A stretch of DNA of 63,947 nucleotides, the filler included, from Octopus bimaculoides (Eukaryota): assembly GCF_001194135.2 (NCBI RefSeq). It is 6 parts of 6 records of this genome, joined end to end, with 100 filler letters (N's around TTAATTAATTAA, not from the genome) between each part and the next. Parts side by side here need not be neighbours in the genome. Positions count along the whole stretch, not along the records: positions 1 to 26,703 come from NC_068996.1; 5 more parts are not named here. One strand, given 5' to 3'. Under the pieces are notes generated by a model. That model saw only the letters and a list, made by a program, of their open reading frames with translations, searched no databases and was not told the DNA's origin. Shown one piece after another: positions 1 through 10,544 of the stretch (position 1 is its first letter; every line of letters begins with the position of its first letter). The position numbers were made by a program, and so were the translations under genes.

Positions 1-294
1 GATACATCATTTAGAAAGCATTTTTTTCCTTCATGATCTTTGACAACTATATCTGGTCTATTTGCCTTAATTTCTCTATCTGTGTGTATTGGCATATCCC
101 AGAGTATGGTTGCTTTCTCGTTTTCTGTGACCTTTTCTGGCGTGTGTTTATACCATCTTTTTTCTGTTGTTATTCCATAGTGTTGGCATAGCTTCCAGTG
201 TATATAGGTCCCAGCTCTGTCGTGTCTGTGAATATATTCCTTCTTAGCCAGGACTGGGCAGCCAGAGATAATATGATTTATTGTTTCTTGTCCA
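1..294 (-). mobile_element. R4/Dong-clade non-LTR retrotransposon, youngest family (Y), 5'-truncated C-terminal part (CCHC knuckle to RLE)
   Basis: The minus strand reads ETINHIISGCPVLAKKEYIHRHD...ATILWDMPIHTDREIKANRPDIVVKD. It is near-identical to 37619-37820 and to the reverse complement of 8559-8700. Homology to 37619-37820 stops at tcca (291-294). Confidence 0.9.
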
Positions 295-1415
295 AATTTT
301 ATTCCAAAATTCCTGAACTTCTTTTGATGGGGCAGACTTTACTGTAACTGGTATTTTCCCTATCTTCCTGTAAAAATTTTTTGGGTTATTTTTTAACATG
401 TTGTCCTCGAAGAATCTAATGTACTCTTCATACCATGCTATGCAAGCAGCTTTAGCACACACCTTTTGCTTGATGGTTTCTATGGTGGTATAGATGTCAA
501 ATATGGTTTTCATATTATATTTTCTTTAATTTTCGTGTTTTTGTTGGTTTGATAGTCTTGTTAAACTTCGGGATTTTTAACCCTTTAGCATTTAAACTGG
601 CCATATTTCCTCCATGTTTGATGTTTAAACTGGCCATATTTGGTCTTTCACACCTACCTAACAATGTCATTGTAAAAATAAAAAATTGAAATCTCAAATG
701 TATGATTACGAGATAATGCAGGATAAATTCAAAACAAGGCAATAAATAGACATTACATTTTACAAAGTAATCTGAACGCTAAAATGTTAAACATTGTATG
801 TCAAACCTAATTTGCTGAATTTGGTGTTGAATACGCTGTTGCTAAGAAGGCTTCTTGTGGGAATGTTGTCGTTTTCTAAACTTTTCACCACATAGAATCG
901 TTGAGATTTTCGTGGATGCATAATACAGGTGGTTGAGATCTGTAATATCAATATCATTAGCTGAAATTATATCCTTAAATGCAAGGTGGATTTTACCAAT
1001 TATTTTCAGGTTTTAATTTTCAGCTATTCAATAATGATTTAATTTTTTAGATTATGCAGTTCTGTTGGGTCAATTTCTGCGTGAATTTCTTCATCTATTT
1101 GATTTTCATCTGCCTTAGTGTTTATGGTTTCTACTGCACCACCTGCTGCAGGTCCATGTTGCTGGGGTGTGTGTAGCATTGTGTGTTAGTTTTTGTTACT
1201 GGGAGTGTGAAAACTCTTCCTGGTATTGTATTGCATCAATTTCTTTACTTTTTTGTTTCATAAGGTGTGGTGCAATCTTTTGTTGTATTAATATTTGTAT
1301 TGTGTGTTGTGTGTGTAATGCGTTGGGAATCCGGCTTGCTGGTGGTATTTAATTTCATTGGTTATTAGCTGTTCAGAGAGTATCGTGTGTTTGTGGATTG
1401 TTTTATTTTAGGTTG
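295..1415 (-). mobile_element. Older R4/Dong element (B), N-terminal pre-RT region, interrupted by a MITE
   Basis: ORF 244..513 (IETIKQKVCAKAA...FFEDNMLKNNPKNFYRKIG...VQEFWNKIW) matches the pre-RT region of the other Dong copies here. Removing 581-790 restores RFDIQCLKIPKFNK. Confidence 0.7.
577..790. mobile_element. piggyBac-like MITE with TTAA target-site duplication
   Basis: TTAA lies at 577-580 and 787-790. The ends are CCCTTTAGCATTTAAA and, reverse-complemented, CATTTTAGCGTTCAGA. The same family occurs at 15771-16603. Confidence 0.6.
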
Positions 1416-1417
1416 TA

Positions 1418-2644
1418 CGAGGAGTGTTCATTAAAAATTTCCCCTGACCCACTTCCCAAGGACTGGGATAAACGAAACTTGGTGTAATTATTAGTCCTTC
1501 TCTACATAATTACCACAATTGGCGACACACTTCTCATCGCTTTATGCAGTTGTGAAGACCGCGTCTGTAGAAGTCGGTAGGTTGCGTCTGGAGCCAAGGT
1601 TTTACCTCTGAAATCAGTTCATCACCATCGGAAAAGTGCTTCCCTTTCAAAAAAGACTTCATGGTGGAAATCAAATGGTGTGAGGTCGGGAGAGTAAGGG
1701 AAATGAGGAAGAATTTCATAGCCACAGCAGTATGCTTTCATCTGGGCAACATGCGCATTGTGAACTGGGGCATTGTCTTGGAGGAGGCGGACTCCTTTGG
1801 TCAGCATGCCACGCCTCTCTGTTTTGATGGCTTTTCGCAATTTCTGCAGAAGAGAAGCATAATATGCCCCATTATCACTACTCCACGCTGGTCCCAAAAG
1901 ACTGTGAGGATCACCTTGCCTGCTGAGGGTTGTACACGAGCTTTCTTTGGAGGTGGTGAGTTATCATACTTCCATTGCTTTGACTGGACTTTAGTCTCAG
2001 GACCAAAGTGATGGACCCATGTTTCATCTTCTTTGATAAGTCTGCCAAAAAAGTCCCCCTCGTTTTCTTGGCATGTTGCCAAAAGTTTCTGGGAGCAATT
2101 GACTCGTTCCTGCTTTTGAAAAGGTGTGAGCATCCGGGGAATCCATCAAACAGACAACTTCTACATGTACGAATTGTCATAAATGATTTTTTCCTATGGA
2201 TCCTACACTTATTTTCACTTCTTGGACCAGTTGCCGAATGGTTATGAGGCGATTCTCCAAAATAGCGGCTTCCACTTTATGGATGATATCATCAATGGCG
2301 GAATGTGGTCGTCCAAGAATAGGAGCGATGTCCGATCACATTGAACTGGAAATGCCCATGCTTGACTACGTCGTATGATGGTATATCGTCACCATAAACT
2401 TCTTTCATCTTATCGAAAGTCTCTTTTAGTGTACGACCTTTCAAGTATAAGAACCTGATCACTGATCTGCATTCAACTGCCTCCATTATTCCACTTCAAC
2501 AGCCATAAAAGACAAACGAATACTAGTGGAAAGTTGCAATTTACAATGTGACATGTAGAAACATATATGATTATACTAGTACAAGTTCCATTTCCTACAA
2601 TACCCGAAAGTGGGTCAAGGAAAATCTTTAATGAACACTCCTCG
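1418..2644 (-). mobile_element. Full-length degenerate mariner (DD34D) transposon, 1227 bp
   Basis: TIRs of about 37 bp (CGAGGAGTGTTCATTAAA[A/G]ATTT[C/T]CC[C/T]TGACCCAC) have 3 mismatches. TA TSDs lie at 1416-1417 and 2645-2646. Frameshifted transposase pieces are RSVIRFLYLKG, DETWVHHF, GKVILTVFWD, LLQDNAPVH and PYSPDLTPFDF. Confidence 0.95.
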
Positions 2645-2646
2645 TA

Positions 2647-4800
2647 TTATTGAACTGATAGTGTCCTGCATAGGATGTGGTCTGTTCCTAGCAGGGCTAT
2701 TTTTTGGAGAGTGTATAGTATTGAAGTTCCAGGTGTAGCTTCTACATTTTTGTTCATGTTTCTTTTCATGTTCAAAGCTCCAGTTATTACTGATATTGTT
2801 TTCACCTTCATGCCTCACATCATGAACACTTCAATTTCTAGGTCTTTGTACTTTGACAATTTCTTCACTTCTTTTTGTGGGGTAATATTTTCCTCAGAAG
2901 GGACTGCAATGTCTATCAGTAAGCAGGTGTTTTTTCCAATCCTTGATTATCATGTCTAGGCGATTAGCTTTTATTTTTCTTCTATTCCTAGATATTTGTA
3001 TGGGCGATTGTGACCTAATTCTCTAATTTCTGTGTCTATGTTAAGTGCAGTGTCTCCAGTGCTGAATAACTTGCCTCTTCTCAGTGTGACTTCGGCAAAT
3101 TTGTCCAGACCAGTGCTCATTCTGGTGCCATTGCTGAAGCTCTGGACAATTTTAATTAGATTTCTCTATTTTATGGTGCTTCTAGCGAAAAGTTTTAGGT
3201 CATCCATGTACAAGAGATGGTTTATTTTTTTGTTCATAGCACCTGTAACCCATAGTGGTTTCGTTTAACAAGTTTGTTAGCGGGTCAGGGAAAGGCAGAA
3301 AAGCAGGGATGACAGTGAGTCTCCCTAGAAAATCCCTCTTTTTATGGGTGTAGGGTAAGTTTTAATAACTTGTGAGTCATTTATTTTTAATGTTATACTG
3401 GTTTTCCAGTTTGTCATTGCATGTTTAATATATTTTAGTAATGGTGGGGATACCTTATTTGTGTGGAAAGATTCCAGTATCCATGAGTGTGGAACACTGT
3501 CGAATGCTTTCTGGTAATAAATCCAGGTCATGTTCATGTTTGTCTTTCTCCTCCTACAGCCCTCTTTAATGGCTCGGTTTACTAGAAGTTGCTCCTTACA
3601 GCCATATATCCCTCTCTGGCACCCTTTTTGTTCTAGTAAAACAGAGCTGGTTATTAGATGACTGATGCTAGGGTTTTGTAGGATGTTGTTAGGCATATTA
3701 TTGGACTGTAATTTTGTGTGTGTACGGTGTGCAGTTGGGTGTTGATTCTGGCTCACTCATCAATAAATTGAATGCTGCCGCTAACTGGTGAGGTGTTTAA
3801 AAATCAGAAGTTGGGAATTTTGTTTATCCCTGGAGTTTTTCAATTGCTGGTACTCCTCAGTTTGTTCATGATCTCTTGGCTTGTGATGGTAGGCCATATC
3901 TGTGGTTTTATTCTTCCTTTCCTTTTCCCTATTAATCCACTGGACATTATTCTTTTTTTTTTCTTTTTGGTTTGCTCCATATTGCTTCCCAGTTATAACT
4001 GAATCGCTGATGTTGTTAGCATGGCGTCTATTGATATAATTTTTCTGTTTAGCTTTCTGCAAAAAGTTTTTGTGTTTATTTTGAATCCTTTATTTTGTAG
4101 GAAGAAACGTTCCCGTTTTTCGTACCGTTTTATGCGGCAAGTTTTGCTGCTATACCCTGTTTAATTTTTTCCTTTAACTTCCGGGTATCTTCTTTATTTT
4201 TCATGTTGTATTGTTTTGTTATGTGGGCCTTTTTTTTCGTATTTGATCCTGCTTTCTCTAGTTCACAAAGTAGAGATAAGTCTTTCTTTTGTTTTTGAAT
4301 TTTATTTATTATGATCTGTTTCCATTTTGGGGTTTGAAATTTGGCTGGGATTTTTTTTATCTTGGTAAGGGTCAAGTCCAGTTTCCCCGGATATCGCTAC
4401 AGCTGTTGAGAAGATCAAGTCATTTAGTTTGTTGATATCGAGTGTATCTTTTGATATTGTCATTATTACCTGTGAGGCTCTGTTGAATCTCCTGTCTGCT
4501 GAATCTCCTTTATTTTTTCTGTAGCCTGGAGCCACGTTTACACTGGTCCATATTTATCGACTGTCTGATGTTTAGGTCTTCTAATTTTGTTATTTCTTCA
4601 GTCGGTTCGTCTCCGACCTCCGTTTTAGCTGCTCACTTATGGTGTGTGTTATTTTGTTTGTTGTTGTTAGGCGCTTCAGTATTTTCCTATCTATATGTGT
4701 TGATTGCTGTACTGTTCTATTATTTCTGGGTATAAATTTTACATTTATTTACCGTGTGCAGTGTTATATCTGTTGTGTTATTATTCTCACTATAGACGTC
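2647..4800 (-). mobile_element. R4/Dong element (C): N-terminus, RT and RLE, with an internal deletion of thumb and zinc knuckle
   Basis: Motifs include INKLNDLIFSTAVAI, EQKGCQRG...KAFDSVPHSWI, IKRGIF*GDSLS and HLLYMDDLKLF. YKYLGIEE is joined directly to ANRLDMIIK, followed by SKYKDLEIEV and the end LLGTDHILCRTLSVQ*. Confidence 0.85.
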
Positions 4801-4829
4801 GCACAGTATACAATATCGTGAGATATTGT

Positions 4830-7800
4830 GTCTACCGGAGGTTTGTACTGTTTGTCAAGTCACAACAAGGAACTTAGACAGACAGTACTTTACGCAATAT
4901 GCGTGCAGGTCCAACCAGTGCCAACTTTTACAATACACCTAGATTGTAGGGTATTTCTAAAGTTTTCAGATGTTTTTTTTTCAGATTGGGTAGTATTGAA
5001 CCCAATGTTCTGATGACAATAGGGATAACCTTTATGTTTGAGTCTCATAGCTGCCACATCTTAGCAATCTCAATTCTCAGGTCTCCATATTTATCAGTTT
5101 TCTCTCTTTCTTTCATGATGATATGTTGATCTCCTGGTACTGCCACGTCAATTATTAGGCACTCTTGTTTGTCCCTCCCCCATTTCCCGATGGGTGCACT
5201 ATAGCGGACTACAGCAACAGCCCATATGTTAATGACAGTCACAAGGTTCCTTGAGTTGAGTTTAGATTTCAAGAGAAGTTTGAGGCGCTTAAAATATGCA
5301 GTGATGACCTTGTCTTTCATTTCTCTATGCAAGATATTGTCCAGCTCCAGGGTCCCAAGGTACTTGTACTCATCATCATCCGGGTCTTCCATTCCCTCTC
5401 CGTTTGGCAATTCTATGCCCCTACAATTTATTCTTTTCCCCGCTTCAAAGAAAGCACCGCACACTTCGAGATACCGAATTCCATCCCTATATCCTTACTG
5501 CACATTTGCACATTCTCAACCAGCCTCTCCATTTCAGGCTCTGTTTTTACAAAAAGTTTTAAATCATCCATGAATAGAATGTGGTTGAGACGAGGTCCGT
5601 TCATTCTCAGCTCATAGTGCACGTTGATTTTACGTAGGGCTACAAAAGTGGGATCAATGCTATAACAAATAGCAGGGGTGAACAAGAGTCTCCTTGGAAG
5701 ATACCTCTTTTGACTGTTACCTCGGCTGAGTGCTGGTTGTTACAAGAAAGATGTGTTTTCCAACTAGGCATGCTGTTCTTAATCAGTACACACACGTTCT
5801 CAACTATTCTACACATGTCAAGTGTTTCCAAAATCCACGAATGCGGCAACATGTCGTAAGCCTTTTTGAAGTCTATCCAGGCCATGCATAAATTTTTTTG
5901 GTACCGTTTATAGTTCTTCATTATACCCGTCTCTATCACAAAGTGGTCCTTGGTGCCTTTGTATCCTTTTCGACATCCCTTTTGTTCTACTGGCAGAAGA
6001 TTGTTTTCAGCAAGCAACGTATATATTTTCCCTGCGAGGATGCCTGTTAATACTTTCCATAGGAGGTTAAGACAAGCAATGGGTCGGTAATTGCCAACCT
6101 CATTGCCCTTTGACCGATTTTTCATTAACAATGTTGTTCTTCTCTCTACTATCCACTCCGGAACTACACCACTCTGTAGGCAATTGTCTAATTACGACGC
6201 AATTCTCTTGTGTATTGACTTAAACCACTTGAGCCAGTAGCCTTGAATTCCGTCTGGTCCTGCCGCTTTCCAGTTCTGGGCAATGAGAACTTACGTTGTT
6301 ATGCGCACATGGTCCTGTCGTGGAAGCTCCAGGTGATGGAGTTCGAAACTCACGGAATGAATCCACTCAGCACCCAGATGTTATTCCAAAATTGGCGGGT
6401 TTCTTCTGCTTCAGGGGGTGTATTATCTTCTGTATTTCCTCTTAAGTCCTTAAGAAACTGCCTCTGGTTTGCTGGAACTGCGATATGCGATCAGTGTAAC
6501 GTTGCATCATTAATGTTTTAGCCCGTACACGTTGTTTTAGGGTTTCGATGACAGTTTGAAAGCCTTTCTTCTCTATTTGGCACCTCGCGTCAAGATATGC
6601 CCTTGCACTTTCGTTTCCATTTTTCCATTGCCCTTTTGACCATTCTTCTATGTGGCTCAGATCTTTACGCGAAGTTAGAATATCGCCTTCATTTCTCAGT
6701 TTCCACCATGTCTCCTTCCGTCTGTCTACTTTCCTCTCTTTCTTTCCAACCAGTTCGCCTACTAACATTGAAGTGGATCTGATCAAGTCTCTTGTTTCTG
6801 TTATTTGTCAGAATGTGTTTCAGAATCTCATCAACTTTTTGGGTCGCGCGTTTCACATTGTTACGGTTGAAGCTTCTTAGATTCACCAGCTTGGTCTCTG
6901 CTCTTGTAATTCTTATGTCCTCGAGTCTTTTCCTGAAGTTTCTTTGTTCCTCAGTCATATCCTCTCTTAATTCAGGGTTTTGTTCATTATATTGATTGGT
7001 CGGCCTTTCCTCCACTACAACTTCACCTTGCCTACGCATTCACTGATCTTCACCTATGTTATTCTCGAGATTTTCACCACTACAGAGGCTTTTCCTGATT
7101 GTCTGAATCTGGGCCTTTTGGTTCATATCAACAGACCACTTGCGTTTTCGAGCACGTTGCATAATTTGACCAGTACAAGGACTGTCTTCTAGTATGGCTA
7201 GCAGTTGTTAGATTACGACCGGGCCCACCTTGCTGCACAGTGGGGGCTCTGCCAGGTGCGGCACCTTCACCATTGGTTCTAGTTCCGTTTACACCGTTAT
7301 CGTCATTTATTTTGCTTGGCATTTTCACTCACAAATGAGGTGTGTTTTTAGGTTTCTACAAACCGGTATTTTTGTCGAGACACCATTTCTATCAAGGTAG
7401 TCCGCCAAGGCGGCAGGGTCCTTGCTCCTCTGGTTTTGGGCTTGGAGTGTTCCTTCTCCTAGGCTGCCTACCACCCAAGGCTAACGAGTACAGCCTATTC
7501 GGAGCACCGGTTATTTGGAGGCGCCAGATACTCGCCTGTTCCCAAACTTCTGTTGGTTTCGCGAAGGAGTCGGGCTTGCCCACTGTAAGTCCTATCTACA
7601 CCAGACTTGAAATCAGAGCATTCCTTCTCCTAGACAGACTGCCAACCAAGGATCACGAGTTTTGTCTACCCGTTTTCAGAATGGCCATTGACTCTTTTAA
7701 GTTCCTCTGCCCTTTGCCTGGTTTTGTTTTTAATCCTGCAGGGTGTCGAAAATCCACCTTCCTCACCAAGTAAGCTTAGTGGGGTTGCCGGTTTAATCGC

Positions 7801-7850
7801 CGACGTCTCAACGGTTCGACAACGCCACTTGTTAATCAGTCTGAGTAATT
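4830..7850 (-). mobile_element. R4/Dong element (D): GC-richer 5' leader, N-terminus, RT, RLE and 3'UTR, with an internal deletion
   Basis: ORFs 7128..7328, 6689..7039 and 6442..6786 (N-terminus), 5640..6131 (NYRPIACL, EQKGCRKG, DFKKAYD, RGIFQGDS), 5428..5685 (LFMDDLKLF) and 5045..5464 (YKYLG...IIDVAVPGD...KYGDLRIEI). The C-terminus is PARILRKVLSV*. Confidence 0.9.
7441..7672 (-). ncRNA. Candidate structured RNA motif, two tandem copies in the Dong-D 5' leader
   Basis: Copy 1 stem is UAGGCUG/CAGCCUA (7460-7497) and copy 2 stem is UAGACA/UGUCUA (7631-7668), giving two compensatory double substitutions. CUCGU, CCUUGG and AGGAGAAGGAA are conserved in both copies. Confidence 0.5.
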
Positions 7851-8074
7851 CTTGTTCACTATTATAGTTTCACTATTGCTACTATAATCTTTATCTTATT
7901 ATTTCTTAGTTCACGACTATAATTTCACCGAGGGGCCCTAATATTGTCTCTCTTGATTTCTTTAGACAACAAATGATGGCAGATTCACGATTGTTGGTTT
8001 AGCTGCTGCTGATGCTGCGGTGTTAGTTCTTAATTACTGGTTATTCTTTACTTGAAATTACCAAAGGTTTCAAG

Positions 8075-8449
8075 TAGTACCTTCTCCTGTGACTCAAAGA
8101 GACAATAGTCTCCTTAGAATGCGAGCTGTACCCGAAAATGCTGTCTTCTGGATCACTTCGAGCCTGACAGTAGCTCCAATATTCTTAATATGTTTTTCAA
8201 GGCCCTTGCAAACTGCTCCTAATGCTCCAATTACCACCGGTATCACCATTACTTTCCTCATACCCCATAACTTTCCTATCTCACCCCGCAGTGGCTGGTA
8301 TTTCTCAATCTTTTCTGTTTCCTTACATTTCACCCTCGAATCGCCTGGTATTGCAACATATACTATCTTACTTCTTTTTCATTTTCATGGATGATCACAA
8401 TATCTAACCGTCTCGCCTCTATCACTAACAATATGGCTTATACTGTCTC

Positions 8450-8450
<1 letters not shown>
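8075..8450 (-). mobile_element. R4/Dong 3' fragment (E; same subfamily as 29265-31985)
   Basis: ORF 8094..8333 reads EKIEKYQPLRGEIGKLWGMRKVMVIPVVIGALG...GTARILRRLLSL. An (ATT)n tract flanks it at 8451-8496. Confidence 0.85.
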
Positions 8451-8496
<46 letters not shown>

Positions 8497-8558
8497 NNNN
8501 NNNNNNNNNNNNNNNNNNNNNNNNNNNNNNNNNNNNNNNNNNNNNNNNNNNNNNNNNN

Positions 8559-9064
8559 GGTATAAACACACGCCAGAAAAGGTCACAGAAAACGAGAAAG
8601 CAACCATACTCTGGGATATGCCAATACACACAGATAGAGAAATTAAGGCAAATAGACCAGATATCGTTGTCAAAGATCATGAAGAAAAAAATGCTTTCTA
8701 ATTGATGTATCAATACCAGCAGATGACAATGTTTCTCTAAAAGAAACGGAGTAACTCTCAAAATTCAAAAACCTGAAAATAGAGGTAACTCGAATGTGGA
8801 ATCTAAAAACAGAAACAATTCCTATCATAGTAGGTGCCTTAGGTATAATAAAAAAATATTCAGACAAATACATAACAAAAACACCAGGACTTACAAATAT
8901 ATATAACATACAGAAAATTGCACTACTGGGCACTGCACACATCCTACGCAAAGCACTTTCAATACAGTAATCATAGGAGCATCACAGCAAACCACAGCAC
9001 ATACCCAAGGCACACAGAGCTGCGCTCGGTAGTGAAGTGAAAGCACTAAAAATAAGACTACTAA
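8559..9064 (+). mobile_element. R4/Dong young family Y, 3' end (RLE and 3'UTR)
   Basis: It reads TILWDMPIHTDREIKANRPDIVVKD...LIDVSIP...MWNLKTETIPIIVGALG...ALLGTAHILRKALSIQ*. The 3'UTR cacagcaaaccacagcacatacccaaggc...gtgaagtgaaagcac is shared with the other Y copies. Confidence 0.9.
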
Positions 9065-9119
9065 AGGAGGAGAAGAAGAAGAAGGAGGAGGAGAAGGAGG
9101 AGGAGAAGGAGGAGGAGGA

Positions 9120-9179
<60 letters not shown>

Positions 9180-9183
9180 GAAG

Positions 9184-9215
<32 letters not shown>

Positions 9216-9238
9216 AAACGACATTACCACCATCATCC
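9065..9238. repeat. Compound trinucleotide microsatellite: (GAG/AAG)n, (AAT)n, (CAA)n, (CAT)n
   Basis: Read directly from the sequence. Confidence 0.95.
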
Positions 9239-9239
9239 T

Positions 9240-9940
9240 GTAACGTCCGTTTTCCATGCTGGCATGGGTTGGATGGTTTGACCAGAGCTGGCAAGCAGGA
9301 GAGCTGCACTAGGTTCCATTCTGTTTTGGCATGGTTTCTATGGCTGGATGCCCTTCCTAATGCGAACCACTATACAGTGTGTGGTGGGTGCTTTTATCGT
9401 GGTAGTGGGACGTGCGCTTTAACGTGGGAGCGGCACAAACGATTTTTACATGGCACCGACACAAGGGTCTTGAAGGCCAATTCTCTTTCTCAAGAGGAGC
9501 GGCATTAACACTTTTGCTGTAGAGGACGGGTTTATTTGAGGACAGCAAGGTGCAAATATCTCGGTCATTTGTCATCTCTTCCACAAGGTTAAGTGCCCTG
9601 AGGTTCTTCCTCAGTACTTCGTCTTCTTTCGTCTCACTCTTCCACAAGTTTCATCCTCTTTGAATGGTACTTCTTTATAGAGCAGTTGTCATCCATTCGC
9701 ATCACATGACAAAACCTCTCTTGCATACTGCATCTAATTCCTCTTATGCCTAACTTTTTGCTCACCATGCTAGCACTCTGTCGCGCATGTACACTTACAT
9801 TGCACATGCAGTGGAGCATACTAGTTTTCATTCCTCTCTAGCCTTTGCATGTCTTCTGCATTCAGGGCCCATGTCTCACTACCGTGTAGCATCACTGTTA
9901 ATATACATGCGTCATATAACCTTCCTCTTAGAGAGAGAGT

Positions 9941-9976
<36 letters not shown>

Positions 9977-10499
9977 AAAAGATAGAGAGAGAGACCTTTG
10001 GTTGCCAACAGACGTAAAAGCTTTCAAAATTTTCATCTTTCTATTTTTTTCTAGCTATCACACCCTCCATACATCCCCCCCCACTACTAATTTGGTCCAA
10101 GTAACAGAAATTGTCTCCTACCTCTAAAGAGTCTCTGGAGGAATTAAAGAAAATTTGCCGAATATCTGTAATTTTTATGGCTCCTGTGCATCTTCTACAT
10201 ACGAACACTACTTTCTCTGACAACCTTCCTATTATTCCAATGCACCTCTTGTGTGTCCATAACTTGCACTGGATACACTATATGGAATTCCTACCTACAC
10301 CTTTCCTACAAATCGTGGCGGGTAGGATTCTGTCTGTTTTCTTGCTTACTAAAATCTTAGTCTTTGGTAAATGAACTTTAAAGCCCTTAGATTCCAGGTT
10401 TTGCTTCCACACCTGGAATTTCTTTTCTAGCTCTGATATAGAATCCCTTATAAAGGCAAGATCATCAACATACAGAAGTTCCCAGGGGCTGCTAATCTT

Positions 10500-10500
<1 letters not shown>
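9240..10500 (-). mobile_element. RTE-clade LINE, 3' part (RT C-terminus, Cys-rich insert and tail), with a (GA)n insertion
   Basis: The minus strand reads ELLYVDDLAFI, CIQCKLWTHKRC, FVCRRCTG, RGRLYDACILTVMLHGSETWAL and LRKNLRALNLVEEMTNDRD. The tail is aacccatgccagcatggaaaacggacgtt...gatgat. Confidence 0.85.
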
Positions 10501-10539
<39 letters not shown>

Positions 10540-10544
10540 TCTTT

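Noticed and set aside
8982-9309. Poly-L, poly-I, poly-N, poly-E and CV/HT/YI-repeat ORFs throughout the window
   Set aside because: These are translations of tri- and dinucleotide microsatellites.
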